DNA of 64,000 nucleotides from Eledone cirrhosa (GCA_964016885.1 OZ024760.1:11408001-11472000), one strand, 5' to 3'; numbered from the stretch's first letter, positions 41,362-56,148 are shown. The notes: generated from the letters alone by a model not told the origin. Program-made: numbers and translations.

Positions 41362-42252
41362 TCGTGCTGTGTGGGGTGGAGTAACAGTTATGTAAATGAG
41401 GTACCTTCACTGGTGCTGTGTGGGGTGGAGTAACAGTTATGTAAATGAGGTAACTTCACTGGTGTTGTGGGGTGGAGTAACAGTTATGTAAATGAGGTAA
41501 CTTCACTGGTGTTGTGTGGGGTGGGGTGGAGTAACAGTTATGTAAATGAGGCAACTTCACTGGTATTGTGGGGTGGAGTAACAGTTATGTAAATGAGGTA
41601 ACTTCACTGGTGTTGTGTGGGGTGGAGTAACAGTTATGTAAATGAGGTAACTTCACTGGTGTTGTGGGGTGGAGTAACAGTTATGTAAATGAGGCAACTT
41701 CACTGGTGTTGTGGGGTGGAGTAACAGTTATGTAAATGAGGTAACTTCACTGGTATTGTGGGGTGGGGTGGAGTAAGTTATGTAAATGAGGTAACTTCAC
41801 TGGTATTGTGGGGTGGAGTAACAGTTATGTAAATGAGGTAACTTCACTGGTGTTGTGTGGGGTGGGGTGGAGTAACAGTTATGTAAATGAGGCAACTTCA
41901 CTGGTATTGTGGGGTGGAGTAACAGTTATGTAAATGAGGTAACTTCACTGGTATTGTGGGGTGGGGTGGAGTAACAGTTATGTAAATGAGGTAACTTCAC
42001 TGGTGTTGTGTGGGGTGGGGTGGAGTAACAGTTATGTAAATGAGGTAACTTCACTGGTGTTGGGTGGGGTGGAGTAACGGTATGTAAATGAGGTAACTTC
42101 ACTAGTGTGGGGTGGGGTGGAGTAACAGTTATGTAAATGAGGTAACTTCACTGGTGTTGGGTGGGGTGGAGTAACGGTATGTAAATGAGGTAACTTCACT
42201 AGTGTGGGGTGGGGTGGAGTAACAGTTATGTAAATGAGGTAACTTTACTGGC
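41362..42252. repeat. G-rich minisatellite, ~44-51 bp unit GGGGTGGAGTAACAGTTATGTAAATGAGGTAACTTCACTGGTGTTGT(G), about 19 copies
   Basis: Tandem array with variable GT/GGGGT insertions. Confidence 0.95.
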
Positions 42253-42444
42253 GTTACTCCACTGACGTCACTGATGTAAGATGGAGACAAAAGTTTTTCT
42301 TAGACAAATCAATGTCAAAGTTTATGATCTGTACTAAGTGTGTGATAAAGATTTGTTGGTTCTTTTTTAATGATTTCTTTGTCTCGCCATTCACAGAAAG
42401 TTGGTCAGATTTTATGTTATATAATATATATATACATATATATA

Positions 42445-42723
42445 AGGAAAACTCTGATATAACACCTGCAACCCTGATGGTATCCAATGATGTTGACTTG
42501 TTCTTCTTTTTGGTAAATATCATCTTGGTTAAGAGAGTGGGACTTGCTTGGTGCAGTGCCTTTGCTCACTGTGTCAATAATTGTCACAAGTGTAGTGTTT
42601 GTACCAGAGTTTTCAAGTCACTGGCTGGACTAGAAAGTCACACTCGTTCAGCGCATCGGTAGGGGTTCTCCTACATGGATATAAAGTAATGGCCGTACTC
42701 GAAAACGAGTTGGCAGCCACCAT
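42445..42723 (+). mobile_element. Second copy of the RTE-tail/C2H2 element (internally deleted relative to 22069-22435)
   Basis: Same 5' start AGGAAAACTCTGATATAACACC; encodes [23 protein letters not shown]. Confidence 0.7.
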
Positions 42724-42749
42724 ATATACATATATATATAGAGAGAGAA

Positions 42750-42782
<33 letters not shown>

Positions 42783-42840
42783 TTTATATATACGTATATA
42801 TTTATTTATTTATATATATATATAGATAGATATAGATATA

Positions 42841-44442
42841 TTTCTTTTATTTGCCACTAGGGCATCAAAAGTGGGACAAGTACAAAGGGGGGAGTTTACA
42901 CAAAAAGGCGTCCTCAATAAGGAGGAGGCAATAACAAAATATAAAAATAAAATAAGATATAACAAAAAATAAAATTTTTAACAAAATCCTCAATAGAGAG
43001 GAGGCGCCTTGGGGGGTCGCACACACCCCCGAAAAAAGTGTGCAACCCTACTCCTCAGGAGCACAGAGAAGGGGTGCTCCCTTGGTCTTTCATCTTCCTC
43101 ACCTATAGTCTGATGTAGATTGAAGGGCCATTCACACGGGCCATTCTCGCCACTTTCACCCATCTTTCATAGAAACGGCTGGGGTGCAGCACCTCTCTCT
43201 CCATCCTGATCCTTCTTCCGAAATGATATCGGAAGAAACGGACCAGTTGTTGGCCAGAGAGAAAGGTGCCCGACCTCAGTCCTTTCAGACGCGTCCACCA
43301 TACAACCTCTTTCGCCATGGCTATTACGCACAGAAACACCGCCTCTGCTTCATCTTTGAAGGGGGGAGGCGGCTTGATCATTACAATAGACTCGGTGGTC
43401 AACCGGATCGGTCCCACCCTTGACAGCAGTTGTTCGACATAGCTCCACAGATCGGCTACGCCCGAGCAGTGTACCAATGCGTGTGCAACGGTTTCCTCGT
43501 CGCACACGCATCTGGGACAGATCTTTTTGGCGGGGTCCCTACCCGGGCGCCCGTGTCTGTAGAGCCTTTCTCGAACGGGTAAAGCCCCTCGGTAGCACTG
43601 CCAGGCCAGGGACTTCTGGAAGTTGTCCATAGGTCCCGGGCTGAATGTCCTACCGAACAGGCTGGCCAGTTCGTCCTCCTCCATGTCTAGGGCTTCTCCG
43701 AGGGCGTCGTCGCACCTGCTGCGTACCAGCCCTCTATAGAATGTTGCGGTGGAGTCTCCACTGATAACCGGATCCGCCTGCCAGAGGGCGGTGAGCGCCT
43801 GGGCACACTCAGTGTGCCAGGCGCCCAGTTTTCTCGGTCTTTGCTTGACCCAGGATTGCAGCTCGGTGAGTGAGACGAGTCTGGGAAAGGTTCGTCTCAC
43901 AAACGAGGCCCACACCGATTGTCCGGTGAGGAATACGTAGAGGTGCCGTAGCCTTAATGCGTGTTTACGCATCATTAGCCACGGCATCCCCAGCCCTCCT
44001 TTCGAAGGGTGTTGACAGCAGATGGATCTCCTCACCATAGGAGCCCGCCTCTTCCAAAGGAATTGGAAGAGCGCGCGCTCCATCTTGGTGAGGGTTTCCC
44101 TTGGGCAGGGCACTACGGTCAGGCGGTAGTAGATGACGGACGCTATGTAGGTGTTCGCCACCTCCGCCCGACCTTTCAGGGATAGTTTGCAACTGGCCCA
44201 CTTCTGGGTCAGTGCAAACACCCTGTTCGTAACCTCCGCCCAGTTTTTCTCCACCTGGAGGTCCGGTCCGAACCAGACCCCGAGCAACTTCACCGGGCCC
44301 TCCGTCCAGCGTCCGACGACGCCATCGGAGGGCATCGGTCTGCCCCTCCACGTGCCGAGTTGCAAACCGATCGACTTGTCCCGGTTCAGCTTAGCCCCTG
44401 TGAACTTTTCGTACTCCTCCAGTAAGGTGCCGACCGCCTCGA
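42841..44442 (-). mobile_element. L1/Tx1-type LINE, 5'-truncated, with an uninterrupted ORF2 remnant and 3' UTR
   Basis: Starts in the last RT motifs ([14 protein letters not shown]...VKLLGVWF) and runs through LSLKGRA and zf-RVT ([18 protein letters not shown]) to the stop at 43103. Terminus GCCCTAGTGGCAAATAAAAGAAA. Possible TSD GATAGATATAGATA (42825-42838 / 44441-44454). Confidence 0.95.
43103..44440 (-). CDS. LINE ORF2 remnant (C-terminal RT/thumb plus zf-RVT); no true start
   Basis: 420-aa ORF in the track, with the frame extending upstream to the truncation point. Confidence 0.8.
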   Translation of the reverse strand, partial: EAVGTLLEEYEKFTGAKLNRDKSIGLQLGTWRGRPMPSDGVVGRWTEGPVKLLGVWFGPDLQVEKNWAEVTNRVFALTQKWASCKLSLKGRAEVANTYIASVIYYRLTVVPCPRETLTKMERALFQFLWKRRAPMVRRSICCQHPSKGGLGMPWLMMRKHALRLRHLYVFLTGQSVWASFVRRTFPRLVSLTELQSWVKQRPRKLGAWHTECAQALTALWQADPVISGDSTATFYRGLVRSRCDDALGEALDMEEDELASLFGRTFSPGPMDNFQKSLAWQCYRGALPVRERLYRHGRPGRDPAKKICPRCVCDEETVAHALVHCSGVADLWSYVEQLLSRVGPIRLTTESIVMIKPPPPFKDEAEAVFLCVIAMAKEVVWWTRLKGLRSGTFLSGQQLVRFFRYHFGRRIRMEREVLHPSRFYERWVKVARMARVNGPSIYIRL

Positions 44443-44696
44443 TAGATATAGATAGATATATATATAGAGAGATTTATATATACGTATATATTTATATATG
44501 CATACATGTATATATATACGTATATATACATATATATACGTATATATTTATATATACATACATATATATATATATGTATATATACATATATGTGTGTGTG
44601 TGTGTGTGTGTGTTACACCTGTCAGTCGAAATGTCTGATTAACTCTATCAATACACAGATGCACACACTTACACATGGTCACTCGCACATATATAC

Positions 44697-44737
<41 letters not shown>

Positions 44738-45443
44738 CGTGTTTCCATCTGTAAAACTTTGCTCTTTCTCCTTTATCTCTCTCTTTCTCTCTCTCTCTCT
44801 CTCTTATTGGCAACATGACCCTCCCAAAGTATAACAATATATATATATATATATCTATATATCTATATATATCTATATTTATATATATCTATATATCTAT
44901 ATATATCTATATTTATATATATCTATATATATATATATATATATCTATATTTATATATATCTATATATATATATATATATCTATATATATATATCTATAT
45001 ATATCTATATATTTATATATATCTATATATTTATATATATATCTATATATATATATATCTATATCTATATATTTATCTATATATATATATCTATATATAT
45101 ATCTATATCTATATATATATCTATATCTATATATCTATATCTATATATATATCTATATCTATATATCTATATATATATCTATATATATATCTATATCTCT
45201 ATATATCTATATATCTATATATATATATCTCTCTATATATATATCTATATATATATATATATGTGACAAGGTGGAAGAGAGAAGAGGGTAGTGAAAGAGA
45301 TAACATCAATATCTCGCAGTAGAGACGAGACTTTCTTGTGTCTGAATCAATAGCAACGCCGTGATTGTTTCCGGAAATAGAACCTTTTAGTTAAACTGTA
45401 TTGGCGTAATACTGTTACAGATTGGTGTCCAGATTGGTAGGGG

Positions 45444-46552
45444 ATGTGTGTGTTTGTTTGTATCTACATGTGTGTGTGTTTGTATCTACATGTGTGTGTG
45501 TTTGTATCTACATGTGTGTGTGTTTGTATCTACGTGTGTGTGTGTTTGTATCTACATGTGTGTGTGTTTGTATCTACGTGTGTGTGTGTGTTTGTATCTA
45601 CGTGTGTGTGTGTGTTTGTATCTACGTGTGTGTGTGTTTGTATCTACGTGTGTGTGTGTGTTTGTATCTACGTGTGTGTGTGTGTTTGTATCTACGTGTG
45701 TGTTTGTTTGTATCTACATGTGTGTGTGTGTTTGTATCTACGTGTGTGTGTGTGTTTGTATCTACGTGTGTGTGTGTGTTTGTATCTACGTGTGTGTGTT
45801 TGTATCTACGTGTGTGTGTGTGTTTGTATCTACATGTGTGTGTGTTTGTATCTACGTGTGTGTGTGTGTTTGTATCTACGTGTGTGTGTGTGTTTGTATC
45901 TACGTGTGTGTTTGTTTGTATCTACATGTGTGTGTGTTTGTATCTACGTGTGTGTTTGTTTGTATCTACGTGTGTGTTTGTTTGTATCTACATGTGTGTG
46001 TGTTTGTATCTACGTGTGTGTGTTTGTTTGTATCTACATGTGTGTGTGTTTGTATCTACGTGTGTGTGTGTGTTTGTATCTACGTGTGTGTTTGTTTGTA
46101 TCTACATGTGTGTGTGTTTGTATCTACGTGTGTGTGTGTGTTTGTATCTACGTGTGTGTTTGTTTGTATCTATCTATATGTGTGTGTGTGTGTTTGTTTG
46201 TATTTACATGTGTGTGTGTGCGTGTTTATAGCTACATGTGCGTGCGTTTGTGTCTACATGTGCGTGTTTATAGCTACATGTGCGTGTTTGTAGCTGCGTG
46301 TATTTGTAGCTACATGTGTGTGTGTGTGTGTGTTTATAGCTACATGTGTTTGTTTATATCTACATGTGTGTGTGTTTGTATCTACGTGTGTGTGTGTGTG
46401 TGTTTGTACGTGTGTGTGTGTTTATAGCTACATGTGTGTGTGTGTGTGTGTTGGTATCTACATGTGTGTGTGTGTTTGTATCTACGTGTGTGTGTGTGTG
46501 TGTGTTTATAGCTACATGTGTTTTTATCTACATGTGTGTGTGTGTGTGTATC
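45444..46552. repeat. Compound satellite (GT)n-TTTGTATCTAC(A/G)
   Basis: Constant TTTGTATCTAC core separated by variable GT runs. Confidence 0.95.
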
Positions 46553-46636
46553 TACCACCACCACCACCACTACCACCACCAAAGGATAAAAGGTAAAGTT
46601 ACCCTCGGCAGGAATTGCAATCTAATTATATAGGTA

Positions 46637-46775
46637 TGGAGGCGAATTGGTAGAAATGCTAGAACGCCAGATTCCGCTCTCTGACCTCTGAATTCAAATC
46701 ATACCGAGGTCGACTTTGCCTTTTGTCCATTCGAGGTCAATAAAAAAAGTACCAGTCATGTTTTGGGGTCGATTA
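46637..46775 (+). mobile_element. Diverged tRNA-derived SINE copy
   Basis: GGCGAATTGGTAGAAA...GAATTCAAATC..CCGAGGTCGACTTTGCCTTT...AAAAGTACCAGT. Confidence 0.7.
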
Positions 46776-46911
46776 TTCTTCTATATCTCTTTCTCTCTCT
46801 CACTTTCTCGCTGTCTGATTCAGTCTTAATCACACCGAGATAAACTTTGCATTTCATCCATTCAAGGATGATGGAAAAAGTACCAGTGATGTACTACGGT
46901 CGATTCTTCCG

Positions 46912-47142
46912 CAGCGGATTGGCAGTATCGGTAGAGTGTTGGACAACATGCATCGCAGCATAGAGTTACGGCTCTTTACGTCCTGAGTTCAAATCCGAGG
47001 TTAGCTTTGCCTTTCATCCTTACAGGGTCGATAAAGAAAGTACCAGTAATAAATAGACTGGGGTTGATTTAATCGACTTTCCAATAAGGGCGGTGCCTCA
47101 GCATGGCCTCTGCCGGATGACTGGAGCAGGTAAAAGAGTAAA
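46912..47142 (+). mobile_element. tRNA-derived SINE (Meta-domain-like family), full length
   Basis: Box A TGGCAGTATCGG, box B GAGTTCAAATCC, central domain, 3' tail GGCGGTGCCTCAGCATGGCC...GTAAAAGAGTAAA. Confidence 0.85.
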
Positions 47143-47452
47143 CGAGTAATATCTTTATCTCACTTTCCATCCTGTAAATCTGCTGCAGTCGAGCCTGGTA
47201 AGGGATGTGCTTCGACAAGTTAACAATTTCCCTTAAGAACACAGTATGCAATATGGCACCCCTGCGACTCCCTTAGGGACTCCCTTAGGGACTCCCAAGC
47301 CAGTCAAATGTAGCTATTTTTATCCAATTTGTTGCATTTTTATTAATATTTTTTTCTAGATTTCAAATATTTCAATTAGATTCAATAAACGTCTGTCAAT
47401 TACATTCTGAAAAAATGTTAAATATTCTATAAAGGACACAGAATTTTACACG

Positions 47453-47488
47453 CATACATGTGGACCTGTGTACGATTGTATGTATGGA

Positions 47489-47520
<32 letters not shown>

Positions 47521-47692
47521 ATAATTCATACTAGCATACACACTACATACGTGCATACATACATACGTGCATACATACATACGTGCATACATACATACAC
47601 ATGTATGTGTGTATGTATGTGTGTATGTATGTGTGTATGTATGTATGCACGTATGTATGCACGTATGTAGTGTGTATGCTAGTATGAATTAT

Positions 47693-47726
<34 letters not shown>

Positions 47727-47765
47727 TCCATACATACAATCGTACACAGGTCCATATGTGTATGT
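47453..47765. repeat. Long inverted repeat (~150-bp arms)
   Basis: TGGACCTGTGTACGATTGTATGTATGGAAT...ATAATTCATACTAGCATACACACTAC is mirrored by GTAGTGTGTATGCTAGTATGAATTAT...ATTCCATACATACAATCGTACACAGGTCCA. Confidence 0.9.
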
Positions 47766-47895
47766 ATGCACGTATGTATGTGTGTATGTATGTGTGTATG
47801 TATGTGTGTATGTATGTATGTATGCACGTATGTATGTATGCACGTATGTATGTATGCACGTATGTAGTGTGTATGCTAGTACGAATTATATACAT

Positions 47896-47929
<34 letters not shown>

Positions 47930-48025
47930 TCCATACACACATACATACACACATACATACGTGCATACATACACATATGGACCTGTGTACTATTGTATGT
48001 ATGGAATATATATATATATATATAT

Positions 48026-48208
48026 AACGAAGGAAATGTGGTAAGGAACTAGGTGGACCATAACGCATGAAAGTACTCAATACTTAGGGTAGTAGAGTGG
48101 GTAATAGGAACGAGTAGGACCCCGACGGCTGGACCCCTGGACTAAATCATTTAGTCCAGAATTAGCCGTCGAAACGGCTTGAGCTCAGCCGTCGGGGTCC
48201 TACTCGTT

Positions 48209-48212
<4 letters not shown>
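48026..48212. mobile_element. Family A copy, fold-back, the most complete hammerhead remnant
   Basis: GGACCCCTG-GACTAAATCATTTAGTCCAGAATTAGCCGTC-GAAACGGCTTGAGCTCAGCCGTC-GGGGTCC. Confidence 0.75.
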
Positions 48213-48275
<63 letters not shown>

Positions 48276-48949
48276 GTGTGTGTATAATTCATACAAGCAT
48301 ACACACTACATACGTGCATACATACATACATACATACATACATACACACATGCACGCATGCATACATACATACATACATACATACATACATACACACATG
48401 CATACATACACACTACATAGTGCATACATACATACGTACATACATACACACATACATACACACTACATAGTGCATACATACATACATACACACTATATAC
48501 GTGCATACATACACACTATATACGTGCATACATACACACTATATACGTGCATACATACACACTATATACGTGCATACATACACACTACATACGTGCATAC
48601 ATACATACATACATACATACGTACATACATACCTACATATAAATATTCGCTATTAAACTTCTAACTGTCACGAGCAGTCATGCAAGGTAGAAACATTTCC
48701 GTAAAATATCAACACGGTATTTTGTACGCCATTAAAATTTCTCCATAATAAAGTGAAATATTGTAAAATTTGAAGGGAAAAAAACTTCGAAAATGCCGAG
48801 AAATCAACAAGATAAAGATTAGTCGTTTCTAAAAATAAATATTTTATAACTATAATTTTCAATGGATTTATCTATTTTTTTTTTTTTCATTTTTGAGGTG
48901 CGGGCAATTCAATAATCTGTGAACTGTACTTTTAGCTTTGATATATGTG

Positions 48950-48982
<33 letters not shown>

Positions 48983-49061
48983 GTGTGTGTGTGTATGTAT
49001 ATATATGTGTATATGTATGTATGTTTGTGTATATATGTATATATATATATATACACATATA

Positions 49062-49099
<38 letters not shown>

Positions 49100-49155
49100 C
49101 ATATATGTATGTATGTTTGTGTGTATATATATATATATATATATACATATATGTA

Positions 49156-49203
<48 letters not shown>

Positions 49204-49219
49204 TGTATGTGTATGTGTG

Positions 49220-49351
<132 letters not shown>

Positions 49352-49363
49352 CATATGTGTGTC

Positions 49364-49455
<92 letters not shown>

Positions 49456-50755
49456 TGTGTGTGTGTATATATATATATATACACATATATGTGTGTGTGT
49501 ATATATATATATATATATACACATATATGGGTGTGTGTGTATGTATATATATGTGTATATATGTATGTATGTTTGTGTGTATATATATATATATATATAA
49601 CTGTTATGTGTGTATGTTCGTCAATTAATTGATTTAATTCAATTTCCTCCGCGTTATTTTTATCATTTACATTAATATATAGAGAAATGTATATATATAT
49701 ATATATGTGTGTGTATATATATATATATATATGTGTGTGTATATATATATGTGTGTATATATTTAGTGGCAATTGATGTAAAATCTGGTGCACGAAACAG
49801 ATCTAAATATTTGGTTGAATCTCTCCCGTTAGTCCAGATTTAACAATGTGTTTATATATATATAGTGTGTGTGTGTGTGTGTGTATATTTATGTGTGTGT
49901 CACTCTCTTTCTGTGTGTGTCTATCTGTGTCGGTCTGTCTCTTTCACTGTATGTGTGTTGAGATAATTACTTAACATAATTTTTTTTATTTGGTTTCATT
50001 TGAAATCAAATTTGGCGGAGAAGTATTCCAGACCAGAATAAGGCGTGGCTGAGTTTGTGCAATATCTAACCCAGGGTGCCTGTTAGTCTATTTGAGAGGA
50101 AAACAACGTCAATAACATCAACCACAACAACAGTAACAATAAGAACAAGTAGAATTGAGAAAAAGAAGGATTAAATTATTCGCTAACATCATTAGACAAC
50201 GGTACGTTAAGTGTGGAAGTGTTTTACCTTGGTTTGATTCTTTATGCAATGTAATGGCGGCGGAATCTACTACTGGAAAATGAATGATGCTAAAGATTTG
50301 GAGCTTCAAGAATATAGGGCCAAACATATATATATATATATTTATAATATGTATGTATGTATGTACATATATATATATATTTATATATATGTATACATAC
50401 ATATGTTTCTGTCTTTTTTAGTGTGTGCTTGTGTGTATACATGCATATATCTATGTATTTATATATGTATGTATGTATGTATGTATGTGTATGTATGTAT
50501 GTATGTATGTATGTATGTATGTATGTATATATATGTATGTATTTATATATGTATATATTTATGTCTCGATGTATGTATGCATGTATGTATATGTATGCAT
50601 ACATAAGTTTCTGTCTTTTTTAGTGTGTGCTTGTGTGTATACATTCATATAGCTATGTATGTATGTATGTATGTATATATGTATGTATGTATATATATAT
50701 ATGTATGTATTTATATATGTATATATTTATGTCTCGATGTATGTATGCAAATATG

Positions 50756-50816
<61 letters not shown>

Positions 50817-50960
50817 ACGTGTATTATTTGAGTTGGTCACAGTAAATTACAAAATGGAACCATTGTTTCTATTTAACAAGAGAGGTAGAAGTTACAATTA
50901 GATAAGACATGAACATTTTCATTCTTCAGCCGCCATATTTATAAAAGCGTCTTAACGTAT

Positions 50961-50993
<33 letters not shown>

Positions 50994-51039
50994 TGTATGT
51001 GTGTGTGTGTATATATGTGTGTGTGTGTGTGTGTATATA

Positions 51040-51070
<31 letters not shown>

Positions 51071-51195
51071 GTGTGTGTGTACGTGTGTGTGTATATATAT
51101 GTGTGTATATATGTGTATATATGTGTATATATGTGCGTGTATATATATATATATATGTGTGTGTGTTTGTATATATATATATGTGTGTGTGTGTA

Positions 51196-51248
<53 letters not shown>

Positions 51249-51542
51249 GTGTGTGTGTGTGTGTGTGTGCATATATATACATGTGTGTATATATATATAT
51301 ATACACACACACATATATGTGTGTGTCAGGGGTTGTCTTACCTTACAATTACACTCTCTTCGTTAATTTATCACTAAACCTAACGTTCACTTTCCTTCTT
51401 ACGGTTCTGTTTTTGTTTTTTAGTTTTTCTTTGTTTTGTTTTTCTATTTTCCCTTCTCTCTTCTCTGGAAATCATTATAACGAGGAAATGGTTGCTTTAT
51501 TCCTGCATACATAGGGACACCTGATGCACTGCTGACATACCA

Positions 51543-51600
<58 letters not shown>

Positions 51601-51604
<4 letters not shown>

Positions 51605-51611
51605 CGACTTC

Positions 51612-51675
<64 letters not shown>

Positions 51676-51717
51676 CGACTTCTACATGTATATATATATA
51701 TATATATAAGCGACCTC

Positions 51718-51759
<42 letters not shown>

Positions 51760-51766
51760 CGACCTC

Positions 51767-51804
<38 letters not shown>

Positions 51805-51811
51805 CGACCTC

Positions 51812-51849
<38 letters not shown>

Positions 51850-51856
51850 CGACTTC

Positions 51857-51898
<42 letters not shown>

Positions 51899-51940
51899 CG
51901 ACTTCTACATGTATATATATATATATATATAAGCGACCTC

Positions 51941-51974
<34 letters not shown>

Positions 51975-51983
51975 AGCGACCTC

Positions 51984-52021
<38 letters not shown>

Positions 52022-52055
52022 CGACCTCTACATATATATATATATAAGCGACCTC

Positions 52056-52095
<40 letters not shown>

Positions 52096-52129
52096 CGACC
52101 TCTACATATATATATATATAAGCGACCTC

Positions 52130-52173
<44 letters not shown>

Positions 52174-52334
52174 CGACTTCTACATGTATGTATGTATATA
52201 TATATATATATATATAAGCGACCTCTACATGTATATATATATATATATATATAAGCGACCTCTACATGTATATATATATATATATAAGCGACCTCTACAT
52301 CTATATATATATATATATATATATAAGCGACCTC

Positions 52335-52378
<44 letters not shown>

Positions 52379-52486
52379 CGACCTCTACATGTATATATAT
52401 ATATATATATATAAGCGACCTCTACATGTATATATATATATATATAAGCGACCTCTACATGTATATATATAAGCGGCCTCTACATG

Positions 52487-52490
<4 letters not shown>
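51601..52490. repeat. Array of a constant AAGCGAC(C/T)TCTACATG motif separated by variable (TA)n
   Basis: More than 20 copies, with spacers essentially (TA)n. Confidence 0.95.
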
Positions 52491-52559
<69 letters not shown>

Positions 52560-53674
52560 ATATAGACATATGTATATGTATGTGTGTATATATATATGTA
52601 TTTAAATATATATATACATACGTATATATACATATATATGTGTATAAATATGTGTAAGTATACATATATGTATATATATGTGTATAAATATGTGTATAAA
52701 TAAGTGTATCTATATATGTGTATAAATAAGTGTATCTATATATGTGTATAAATATGTGTATCTATATATATATATGTATAAATATGTGTATCTATATATA
52801 TATATGTATAAATATGTGTATGTATATATATGTGTATAAATGTGTGTATTTGTATGTATGTATGTATAAAGTATGTGCGTGTATATGTGTAAATACTTTC
52901 ATAAATACCTGTGTCTATTACATGTATGCATACAACTTTACATATATATGTATGTGTACGTATGTATGTGTGTGTGTGTGTGTGTGTGTGTGGATTTATG
53001 TGTATGTATGTATGTATGTTCGTTCGTACGTACACACGCAAGTATTTATGTACGTATGTATGTAAACGTGTATATATACGGATGCATGCGTACATACTAA
53101 CATATATTAGAACATACATGACTTCATATATACACACACACACATACATATATGCTGCATATGTACACACACATACATATATGCATATATATATACAACA
53201 CACACATACATACACACATATATACTTATATACACATACATACTCATATATATATGTATATACATACATATATGCATACCTACGCACGAACACACACACA
53301 CACGCATGCATAGACGCATACATGCATACATGCATGCATACATACATACATACATAGAGACATACATACATAGATACATACACACATAGACACATACATA
53401 TAGACACATACATATAAACATACATATATACATATATACACCTACATACATATATACACATACATACATATATACACATACATACATACATACATACATA
53501 CATACATACATACATACATCTATATACATCTACATACATACATTCATACACACCAACATATATACACACCTACATACATACATACATACATTCATACACA
53601 CCTACATACATACATACATTCATACACACCTACATTCATACACACCTACATACATACATAGATTCATACATACA

Positions 53675-53708
<34 letters not shown>

Positions 53709-53971
53709 CACACATGCTAGTGGTATATATAGGCAGTCAGGCTTCAAGATCAAATTCGTGACGAGATAAAAATCCAAAGAATTAAATTCTTCAAACACAA
53801 AAGAACTGTAAAAGATTTGTAAAACTATACAACATACAACGTACACATGCGTAAATATATGTATACAGCTGTGTGTGTGTATATATATATATATATATGT
53901 GTGTGTGTTTGTATGCATATTTGTTTGTGTACGTTTATGATAGTTAGTGTATGTAAATTTGTGTATCTATT

Positions 53972-54025
<54 letters not shown>

Positions 54026-54137
54026 CTCTCTCTTTCTCCTCTCTTTCTCCTCTCTTTCTCCTCTCTTTCTCCTCTCCTCTCTCTCTTTCTCTCTTTCTCT
54101 CTCTCTCTTTCTCTCTTTCCTCTCTCTTTCTCTCTCA

Positions 54138-54169
<32 letters not shown>

Positions 54170-54209
54170 ACTCTCTCTCCCCTCTCTCTCTCTCACTCTA
54201 TATCTCTCT

Positions 54210-54243
<34 letters not shown>

Positions 54244-54419
54244 CATATATACAGAGAGGGAGAGAGTTACATATATATGTGTGGGTGTGAGTATATATAT
54301 ATATATATATACATATGTGTGTATGCGTGCGTATGAATATATGTGTGCATGTGTGTATGTATACATACATATATATATATATGTGTGTATGTATTCTTAT
54401 TAAGCAATTCCCAACCCTC

Positions 54420-54606
54420 ACCAGCACCACTACCTCCCACAGCACCACTACCTCCCACAACACCACTACCTCCCACAACACCACTTCCTCCCACAACACC
54501 ACTACCTCCCACAACACCACTACCTCCCACAACACCACTACCTCCCACAACACCACTACCTCCCACAACACCACTACCTCCCACAACACCACTACCTCCC
54601 ACAACA
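54420..54606. repeat. 21-bp minisatellite ACCACTACCTCCCACAACACC-type, about 9 copies
   Basis: Tandem repeats. Confidence 0.95.
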
Positions 54607-55057
54607 CCCCAATATCATCACTTCCACCCACAACGACGCTAACAACCAGACCACCACCGACGTCGCCCCTGTCACACAACTTACACATACAAATCTACAT
54701 GTTCGTGATATACCAACAACAAATACAATGGCAACATGTCTCTCTCTCTCTCTCTCCCTCTACACACACACATATTAATATATGTATGTACATAAGCACA
54801 TATAATTCTCACAGGCTCTCTCTCTCTCTCTTTCTCTCTCTCCTTTCTCTCTCTCTCTTTCTCTCTCTTTTTTCTCTCTCTCTTTCTCTCTACACATACA
54901 TATATATATAACCACACATACCTTTATCTATCTATCTCTATTATTCACAAACTACTTTCTCACACCCATTGTCACATTTCACTCTTTCAATAGCAACATT
55001 GAATTAAATGCAAGAATTGCTGGAGGTGGCGCAATAATGCGCCAGGTAGGTGTAAAA

Positions 55058-55610
55058 GTCAAACTCTCTATCTTTAAAGGCTGTAGATGTCAAAGACTAT
55101 GGATGTCAAACTCTCTATCTTTAAAGGCTATGGATGTCAAACTCTCTATCTTTAAAGGCTATGGATGTCAAACTCTCTATCTTTAAAGGCTGTAGATGTC
55201 AAACTCTCTATCTTTAAAGGCTGTAGATGTCAAACTCTCTATCTTTAAAGGCTGTAGATGTCAAACTCTCTATCTTTAAAGGCTGTAGATGTCAAACTCT
55301 CTATCTTTAAAGGCTGTAGATGTCAAACTCTCTATCTTTAAAGGCTGTAGATGTCAAACTCTCTATCTTTAAAGGCTGTAGATGTCAAACTCTATCTTTA
55401 AAGGCTATGGATGTCAAAGGCTATGGATGTCAAACTCTCTATCTTTAAAGGCTGTAGATGTCAAACTCTATCTTTAAAGGCTGTGGATGTCAAAGGCTAT
55501 GGATGTCAAACTCTCTATCTTTAAAGGCTGTAGATGTCAAACTCTATCTTTAAAGGCTGTGGATGTCAAACTCTATCTTTAAAGGCTGTGGATGTCAAAC
55601 TCTCTATCTT
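55058..55610. repeat. 29-31 bp minisatellite TCAAACTCTCTATCTTTAAAGGCTGTAGATG, about 18 copies
   Basis: Tandem repeats, with a 31-bp period at 55261/55292. Confidence 0.95.
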
Positions 55611-55739
55611 CAATTCACTATTCGTTGCAACCTTTATCTATAATCATGGATCTTGAGAAATGACCGACAGGTATGATTGCGAACACAAGGGACAGAAATG
55701 GGGTTCCAGCGAAAGGTATTTTGAGTAAGGTTACTCCTG

Positions 55740-55975
55740 GTGGTACCTTGCTTAGAATAACAAAGGGGCTGCTCTAATGCCATTGACACCTGGTTAGGAT
55801 GTCAAAGCAAAGTATCGTAGGCCAGATTTTACGGACACAGTCCAACCGGCAAGAGACTTTGAGGGGGATCAGGGGATCCAGCAGCCATATCAATTGGAGA
55901 TGGTTGATGCTTCTTATTGGAACTGGAGAATGGTGTGATTGAGGACCCTGCTTTCATGACCCTCTCAGGAATCAG
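55740..55975 (+). mobile_element. Decayed RTE-clade LINE 3' fragment
   Basis: HLVRMSKQSIVGQIL...GIQ...LRTLLS*PSQE; related to the 18490-18780 fragment in the opposite orientation. Confidence 0.6.
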
Positions 55976-56095
55976 TATATATATATATATTTATATATGT
56001 GTGTGCATGTGTATATATATATATGTGTGTGTGTGTGTGTGGATATATGTATATATATATGTGTGTGCATGTGTATATATATATATGTGTGTGCA

Positions 56096-56148
<53 letters not shown>

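Noticed and set aside
51601-52490. CRISPR array
   Set aside because: Eukaryotic context, repeat too short, spacers are (TA)n, no cas genes
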